Made by a program: the position numbers and the translations under genes
DNA from: an uncultured Planctomycetota bacterium
GTDB lineage: Bacteria; Planctomycetota; Planctomycetia; Gemmatales; Gemmataceae
Length of the DNA stretch: 64,000 nucleotides
NCBI GenBank assembly: GCA_963849325.1
Contig: CAWKHF010000009.1
Span: forward strand, 224,001 to 288,000
Reading direction: 5' to 3'
Shown: piece after piece, positions 58,323 through 64,000 of the stretch
How positions within the stretch are numbered: the first letter of the stretch is position 1
Layout: the number at the start of each line of letters is the position of its first letter
The notes under the pieces: generated by a model
The model's database searches: none
Seen by the model: the letters and a program-made list of their open reading frames with translations, nothing else
Told to the model about the DNA's origin: nothing

Positions 58323-60079
58323 ATGGCGATCAACCCGATGAGCAAGGTCATTCAACATCTCCAGCGAACCGCCTTGCGGCGAGACGGGGCGGGGCTGAGC
58401 GATGGCCAACTGCTGGAGCGTTACCTCCGCCATCGAGAGGACGCCGCCTTCGCGGCCCTGGTGCGGCGACACGGCCCGATGGTGCTGAGCGTCTGCCGTC
58501 GCGTCCTCGGCAACGACCACGACGCCGAGGACGCCTTCCAGGCTTCTTTCCTCGTCCTGGTCCGCAAGGCCCCTGCCGTCGTGCCACGCGAGAAGGTCGC
58601 CAACTTCTTGTACGGCGTCGCGCACACCACGGCGTTACGGGCCAAGGGGCTGATCGCCAAGCGGCGCGCCGAGAAAAACAGGTGGCGGAAATGCCCGAAC
58701 CCGAAGCCAGGTCGCCGGACCTGGAGAGCGACCTGCGGCCCCTGCTGGACCGAGAACTGAGCCGTCTGCCCGAGAAATATCGTGTACCGATTGTCCTGTG
58801 CGACCTGGAGGACAGGTCCATCAAGGACGCGGCCCGGCACCTGGGTTGGCCGCAAGGGACATTGGCGGGACGGCTGGCGCGGGCGCGGGTGATGCTGGCG
58901 AAGCGGCTCGTCCGCTGTGGTCTGGGAGTGTCGGGTGGAGCGTTGGCGGTATTGCTATCGCAACAAGCGCGAGCGGCCTTCGTGCCGACTCGGATCATGT
59001 CGGGTACGATCGAAGCCGCAAGATTGTTTGCGGCGGGACAGGCGGCGTCGGGCCTGATTTCGGTCCCGGTCGCCGCTCTCACGGAAGGAGTCCTGAGGAC
59101 CATGTTCCTAACCAAGTTGAAGACCGCAACAGCGGTCCTGGCGGTGACGACGTTGAGCCTGACTGTTCTCGGCGGAGGGCTGACGATCGCGCAGCAGGTC
59201 AAGGGCGAGCGAGGGAATCAGGTTGTCGTTGACACGGCGAAGCCGCCGGAATCGCGGAACAAACAAGAGAGACGGCAAGGCGACAATCCTCTTCCACGGG
59301 TCGGCTTCGTCGATGGCGGCACCGTCGGCCAGCCGAGCTTGCTCTTCCCCGGAATCGGCCTGGACAACCTGATCGCAACCGAAACTCCGGACGTGCGATT
59401 GGGACGGGGATCCAAGGACTATAATGCGATTTTTGAGACGGTTCTGGACATCGTGGATGACTTCTTCGAGGTTGCCTACGCGAACCGATACGACGGCCGC
59501 ATCGAAACTCACCATCTGGAAAAACCTACCGCGTCGCCGCCCGTTCGGCGGCGAGCCGTCGTCTGGATCAGCGTGGACGATGCGGGCGGCTACCGGGTCG
59601 GTATTCGAGTCCACCGCGAAGAGAAGGTCACGACTTCCCGTTTCGATACCAAACTGTCTCGTCCCTTTAGGGAAACGCATTGGGAAGACATAGGCCGTGA
59701 CATCAAACTGGAGCAAGTCATGCGGCAACGGTTGGTCGAGTGGGATCGGAAGGAGAGAGCCGAGAAGCCACAGATACATAAACAGAGCGAGAATCCGAGA
59801 GAGCAGGATGAGGCAAACCATCCCAACGGCGTCTTGCTACGGAACGTCCATGTGGACGCGGTGAATCCCGACCACACGATTTCGGTCATTACACTGAGTA
59901 ATCGACCAGTCACGATCATGAACTTGCCGGTAGCGCCCGATGCCAAAATCAGGGTCAAGAAAGGAAACACCCTCGCCGCCGTGAAGATCGGCATGCGTCT
60001 GGTCCTGCGACTGCGTGTGATGGAGGACCAGATCGTTGTCACGGAAATCCGACAGGAAGGGAGTACGGCCAAAAAATAA
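58323..60079 (+). CDS. ECF sigma factor with TM helix and long C-terminal extension (frameshift ~58680)
   Basis: DGQLLERY, AFAALVRRHGPMV, DAEDAFQASF, LPEKYRVPIVLCDLE, GTLAGRLARAR. Confidence 0.9.
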
Positions 60080-60090
60080 GTTCCGTTACG

Positions 60091-61227
60091 CTATACTTGA
60101 AAGCGATTGATGCGGAACATGCCGATGGGCAGATCGGTTCGGCCCTTGTCGGCGAGGTCGGCGAGGATCTCGCCGACGACCGAAGCGAACTTGAATCCGT
60201 GGCCGGAAAAGCCGGCGGCCAGGGCCACGTTCGGATGATCGGGGTGCAAATCGATGACGAAGTGACGGTCGGGTGTCAGCGTGTAAATGCACACGGAGGC
60301 GCGGCGGCGCGAGCCATCCAGCAGCGGCAGATGTTCGCGCAGGAAGGATCGGGCCTTCTCCTCGTCCTCGGCGGAGGGCGTGCGGTCGATTTCGCTGGGG
60401 CTGTTCAACTCCGGGGCGCCGTAATGCTGGGCGACCTTGGCGCCGTGGGCGTTGAGGACCGGGAAGCCGTAGAAGTGGCCTTGCGGCGTGTCGGCGATGT
60501 ACAGCGGGAAGACGTCGCGGCGGAACAGGCGATCGTCGCTGGTGCCGAACCACTGCACGACTTGACGCATGACGCGGAGGAACGTCCCGCGCTGCGCCAG
60601 CACCTCGCCCGCCCAAGGGCCGGCCGTGATGACCAGACGCGCGGCCGTGTAGCGCCCTCCATGCGTTTCGACGCGCACCTCGCGGTCATCGGCCTCCCAG
60701 GAGACAACCGGCTCGTGGTCGTGGATGGTCGCGCCCAGGCGTACCGCCTCGCAGGTGTGGGCCTGGACGCAATCTTCCACATAGAGAAAACCCGCCGAGC
60801 GCTCCAGCACCCCGGCGTATTCGTCCGCGAAGCGGAAGGCGGGGAAACGACTGCGCAACTCCCGGGGAGATAGCGACTCGACCGGCAGACCGTGTTGTTC
60901 GGCGGAGGCGAGGACGCCGCCAATCATCGCGCTGTCGCGGCGACCGATGCTCAGGCAGGGACTCTCGGTCAGCAAGTGGACGCCTTGACGTTGTTCGAGG
61001 TCGTACCAGCGCTCGAAGGCGCGGCCGACGAGCGGAACGTAATCGGGGTGCTCGTAATAAGCGCGGCGGATGATGCGCGTATGTCCGTGCGAGCTGCCGC
61101 GATCGTGGCCGAGGGCGAACTGCTCCAGGGCGAGGACGCGCCGGCCGCGGCGGGCCAGCTCGCACGCCGCCGCCGACCCCATGCCGCCGACACCAATCAC
61201 GATCGCGTCATAGATGTGCGCAGTCAT
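60091..61227 (-). CDS. solA: Monomeric sarcosine oxidase / N-methyltryptophan oxidase family
   Basis: GVGGMGS, GSSHGHTRIIR, covalent-FAD Cys motif VCIYTLTPD, SGHGFKF. Confidence 0.92.
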   Translation of the reverse strand: MTAHIYDAIVIGVGGMGSAAACELARRGRRVLALEQFALGHDRGSSHGHTRIIRRAYYEHPDYVPLVGRAFERWYDLEQRQGVHLLTESPCLSIGRRDSAMIGGVLASAEQHGLPVESLSPRELRSRFPAFRFADEYAGVLERSAGFLYVEDCVQAHTCEAVRLGATIHDHEPVVSWEADDREVRVETHGGRYTAARLVITAGPWAGEVLAQRGTFLRVMRQVVQWFGTSDDRLFRRDVFPLYIADTPQGHFYGFPVLNAHGAKVAQHYGAPELNSPSEIDRTPSAEDEEKARSFLREHLPLLDGSRRRASVCIYTLTPDRHFVIDLHPDHPNVALAAGFSGHGFKFASVVGEILADLADKGRTDLPIGMFRINRFQV

Positions 61228-61261
61228 TCTTGTTCTCACAAAATGCGAAGTAGCAAACGCC

Positions 61262-62617
61262 TCACGGAAGGGTCAGATAGCGCTCGACTTCCCAGGCCGT
61301 CACCTGGCGATGGTACTCGTCCCATTCCGCGCGCTTCAGGCGCAGGAACTCCGCCGCGATCGGGCCGAGCGCCGCCTGGATCACCTCGTCGCGCTCCAGC
61401 TCGCCCAGCGCCTCGATCAGGCTCTGCGGCAGCAGGCGTACCTTGCGGCGGGCCATTTCCTCCAGACCCAGGGCGTAGGTGTTGTCGCGGTTCGGCTCGC
61501 CGGGGTCGAGGCCGCGGCGGATGCCGTCCAGGCCGGCGCCGAGGTAGGCGGCGAAGGCGAGATAGGGGTTGAACGCCGACGACACGGTGCGGTCCTCGAC
61601 GTGGCCGGACTCCGGCGTGCGGATCATCTGCGTGCGGTTGTTATCGCCGTAGGTGATGAACGCCGGCGTCCAGGTGAAGCCGGAGCGCGTGCCGGTCAAG
61701 CCCTGTCCGACCTGCAAACGCTTGTAACAGTTCACGGTCGGCGAGGTGACGGCGCACAGGGCGCGAGCGTGGCTCAGCACGCCGCCCAGGAAATGATAGG
61801 CCAGTTCGCTCAGGCCCAGGCCGCGGCGGTCGTCCTCCGCGGCGAACAGGTTGCGGCCGGTCTCGGCGTCGGCCAGGTGGTAGTGCAGGTGCGCGCCGCT
61901 GCCGGTGCGGTCGGCGAACGGCTTGGCCATGAACGTGGCGACGGCGCCGTATTTCCGCGCCGTCTGTCCGGCGAGCATCTTGAAGAAGAGGAAGCGGTCG
62001 GCCGTCGTCAGCGCGTCGGCGTAGCGAAAATTGATCTCGTACTGGCCGTTGGCGTCCTCGTGGTCGGACTGGTAGACGCCCCAGCCGAGCTTGCGGAGGC
62101 CTTCGTTCATGTCGCGCAGATACTCGTAGGCGGCGGATAGACCCTTGAAATCGTAACAGGGCTTGGCCAGGGTATCGACGCCGGCGGGATCCCAGGGGAC
62201 GATGCGTCCGTCCTCGCGGCGCGAGACGAGGAAGTGCTCCGGCTCGACGCCGACGTTGAAGACGTAGCCGGCGGCGCGCAACTCGCCCAGAACACGCTGG
62301 AGGTTGACGCGCGGACAGTATGCGAAGGGTTGGTCATCGACGTACAGGTCCGCGGCGAATCGGGCCAGGCCATGCGTCCACGGCGCCGGCGTGTAGCTGG
62401 ACAGATCGATGCGGGCCATCATGTCGTGGGAGGAAGCGTTCTGACCCATGCCCCAGACGGCGCCGCCGGCGAAGCCAGCGCCGGCGTCCGCGACCGCATC
62501 CAGCATCTCGCGCGGCACCATCTTCACCTTGGCCGAGCCGTGGATGTCCACGAACTGCACGAGTAGGTAATCCACGCCGTCTTTTTGCAGCTGAATCTTG
62601 AGCGTGCCACGATCCAC
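61262..62617 (-). CDS. GlnT/GmaS-type glutamate-amine ligase (probable gamma-glutamylmethylamide synthetase)
   Basis: FVDIHGSAKVKMVP, GAGFAG, PCYD, DHEDANGQYEINF, SGFTWTP, GDNNRT. GTG start after AAGGAGGT. Confidence 0.85.
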   Translation of the reverse strand: MDRGTLKIQLQKDGVDYLLVQFVDIHGSAKVKMVPREMLDAVADAGAGFAGGAVWGMGQNASSHDMMARIDLSSYTPAPWTHGLARFAADLYVDDQPFAYCPRVNLQRVLGELRAAGYVFNVGVEPEHFLVSRREDGRIVPWDPAGVDTLAKPCYDFKGLSAAYEYLRDMNEGLRKLGWGVYQSDHEDANGQYEINFRYADALTTADRFLFFKMLAGQTARKYGAVATFMAKPFADRTGSGAHLHYHLADAETGRNLFAAEDDRRGLGLSELAYHFLGGVLSHARALCAVTSPTVNCYKRLQVGQGLTGTRSGFTWTPAFITYGDNNRTQMIRTPESGHVEDRTVSSAFNPYLAFAAYLGAGLDGIRRGLDPGEPNRDNTYALGLEEMARRKVRLLPQSLIEALGELERDEVIQAALGPIAAEFLRLKRAEWDEYHRQVTAWEVERYLTLP

Positions 62618-62726
62618 GATCGACCTCCTTACCCGAGCCGGCGCTGCGAGCGGACGCTGGTTGGTTGGGAGAGAGGTATCGCTTGTGTATAATCGCTGCA
62701 ACGACCAAACTCAAGCGAGAAACGCC

Positions 62727-63650
62727 ATGTGCGGCATCGTCGGTTATCTGGACAGGCGCCAACAACGAGATCGTCCGCTCGGACGCACTCTGCTGACCAT
62801 GCTGCAAGCCCTGTCCTGCCGCGGCCCCGATTCGGCCGGCGTCGCCCTGTTCGGCGAAGCGTCTCCGCTTCAACTGCGCCTGAATGTACCGCGGGACATG
62901 GATCCGGATCGGGTGAATCAAACCCTCCACGACGAAGGGCTGACCGTACATCGATCTTACTCAACCGGCGTCTACGATGCGCTAATCGCCTCCCGAGTGG
63001 ACGTCACTCGTTTGGAGGATCGACTGGTCCGGCGCTTACCGGGCAGCGAAATCCTCTGTCTCGGCGAGCACCTCGACCTGTCGAAACAGGTCGGTTCACC
63101 GGACGAACTGGAAGCGACCTATCACGTCAGCGTCTTCCAGGGTACGCATGGCATCGGGCACACGCGGATGTCCACGGAGAGCCGCGTGGACCTGAGCCAT
63201 TCGCAACCGTTCTGGGCGCATGGCGTACCCGACCTGGCGACGGTACACAACGGCCACATCACGAATTATCACAAGCTGCGCCGTCGCTTCGAGCAGGAGG
63301 GGTATCGCTTCTACACCGACAACGACTCGGAAGTGATCGGCGTCTATCTGCGCGATCGCCTGGCGGCGGGGCGGACGCTGGAAGGGGCGCTGCATGCGTC
63401 GTTGGAGGATTTCGACGGCTCGTTTTGCTACCTGGTGGCGTCGAAGGATCGTCTCGCCTTCGTCAAGGACCGCTTCGGCTTCAAGCCGCTGATGCTGGCC
63501 GAAACGGAGGAATTCGTGGCCCTGGCGACCGAGGAGGTCGCCCTGCGCCGCGCCCTGGGGCGTGACTTCGTGGCCCGCGAACCGGCGCCCGGCTCCGTGC
63601 GTATCTGGTCGGTCCACTCGGAACCGGCCGCCGTTGCCGCCGACGAATAA
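62727..63650 (+). CDS. Class II glutamine amidotransferase, GlxB/MgsA-like
   Basis: MCGIVG, RGPDSAG, GHTRMSTES, HNGHITNY, NDSEVI. Confidence 0.88.
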   Translation: MCGIVGYLDRRQQRDRPLGRTLLTMLQALSCRGPDSAGVALFGEASPLQLRLNVPRDMDPDRVNQTLHDEGLTVHRSYSTGVYDALIASRVDVTRLEDRLVRRLPGSEILCLGEHLDLSKQVGSPDELEATYHVSVFQGTHGIGHTRMSTESRVDLSHSQPFWAHGVPDLATVHNGHITNYHKLRRRFEQEGYRFYTDNDSEVIGVYLRDRLAAGRTLEGALHASLEDFDGSFCYLVASKDRLAFVKDRFGFKPLMLAETEEFVALATEEVALRRALGRDFVAREPAPGSVRIWSVHSEPAAVAADE

Positions 63651-63666
63651 CCGCCATGAGGAGGGT

Positions 63667-64000
63667 GTGCCCTTGACGTTCGCCATCAACTGCCGCGAGA
63701 AGACGACGCGCGAGATCAACCGCCTGCTGCGCGAGGCCGTTGCCTCGGGGCACGAACACATTCACGTCCTCGAACCCGAGGCGCGGCACAATCTCGGCGT
63801 GGCCCTGCTGCGGCCGGTGCGCGTGGTCTTCGAGGGTAGCGTGGGCTACTACTGCGCCGGCATGATGGACGGGGCACACGTCGAGGTCCACGGCAGCGCC
63901 GGCTGGGGCGCGGCGGAATCGATGATGAACGGCACGGTCGTGATCGACGGCAACGCCGGCAGCGGCGTGGCCGCGTCGATCCGCGGCGGTACGGTGGTCG
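63667..64000 (+). CDS. GXGXG-domain protein, GlxC/MgsB-like (truncated by window end; absent from the ORF track)
   Basis: Manual translation: TREINRLLR...PEARHNLGVAL...EGSVGYYCAGMMDG..VEVHGSAGWGAAESMMNG. Confidence 0.85.
   Translation, partial: MPLTFAINCREKTTREINRLLREAVASGHEHIHVLEPEARHNLGVALLRPVRVVFEGSVGYYCAGMMDGAHVEVHGSAGWGAAESMMNGTVVIDGNAGSGVAASIRGGTVV

Overview
High-GC chromosomal window that looks planctomycete, probably Gemmataceae. This is inferred from DUF1501 and DUF1549/1553 pairs, DUF1080, Uma2, an ECF sigma factor with a long C-terminal extension, and a BlaI/M56-WD40 module. Housekeeping genes include hemL, hemB, tyrS, ffh-rpsP-trmD-rplS-yraN, acs, hutU, fabH, a thiolase and an initiator-type tRNA-Met. 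Between them lie small accessory inserts (TA pairs, an HNH nuclease, a DarT-macrodomain fusion) and about a dozen intergenic palindromic elements from several families. About 18 genes, including essential ones, carry small frameshifts. These are treated as uncorrected long-read indel errors, so CDS coordinates span the joined frames. Best leads: (1) a single-polypeptide DarT ADP-ribosyltransferase plus DarG-type macrodomain, followed by a Type ISP restriction-modification remnant; (2) a DUF4160/DUF2442 TA module bracketed by a 31-bp duplication of the neighbouring SDR gene's 3' end; (3) a gmaS/mgsAB N-methylglutamate cluster with a monomeric sarcosine-oxidase-family gene attached; (4) empty inverted-repeat elements built from 9-bp or 7-bp periodic units. 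All family assignments come from motif recognition by eye; no searches were run.
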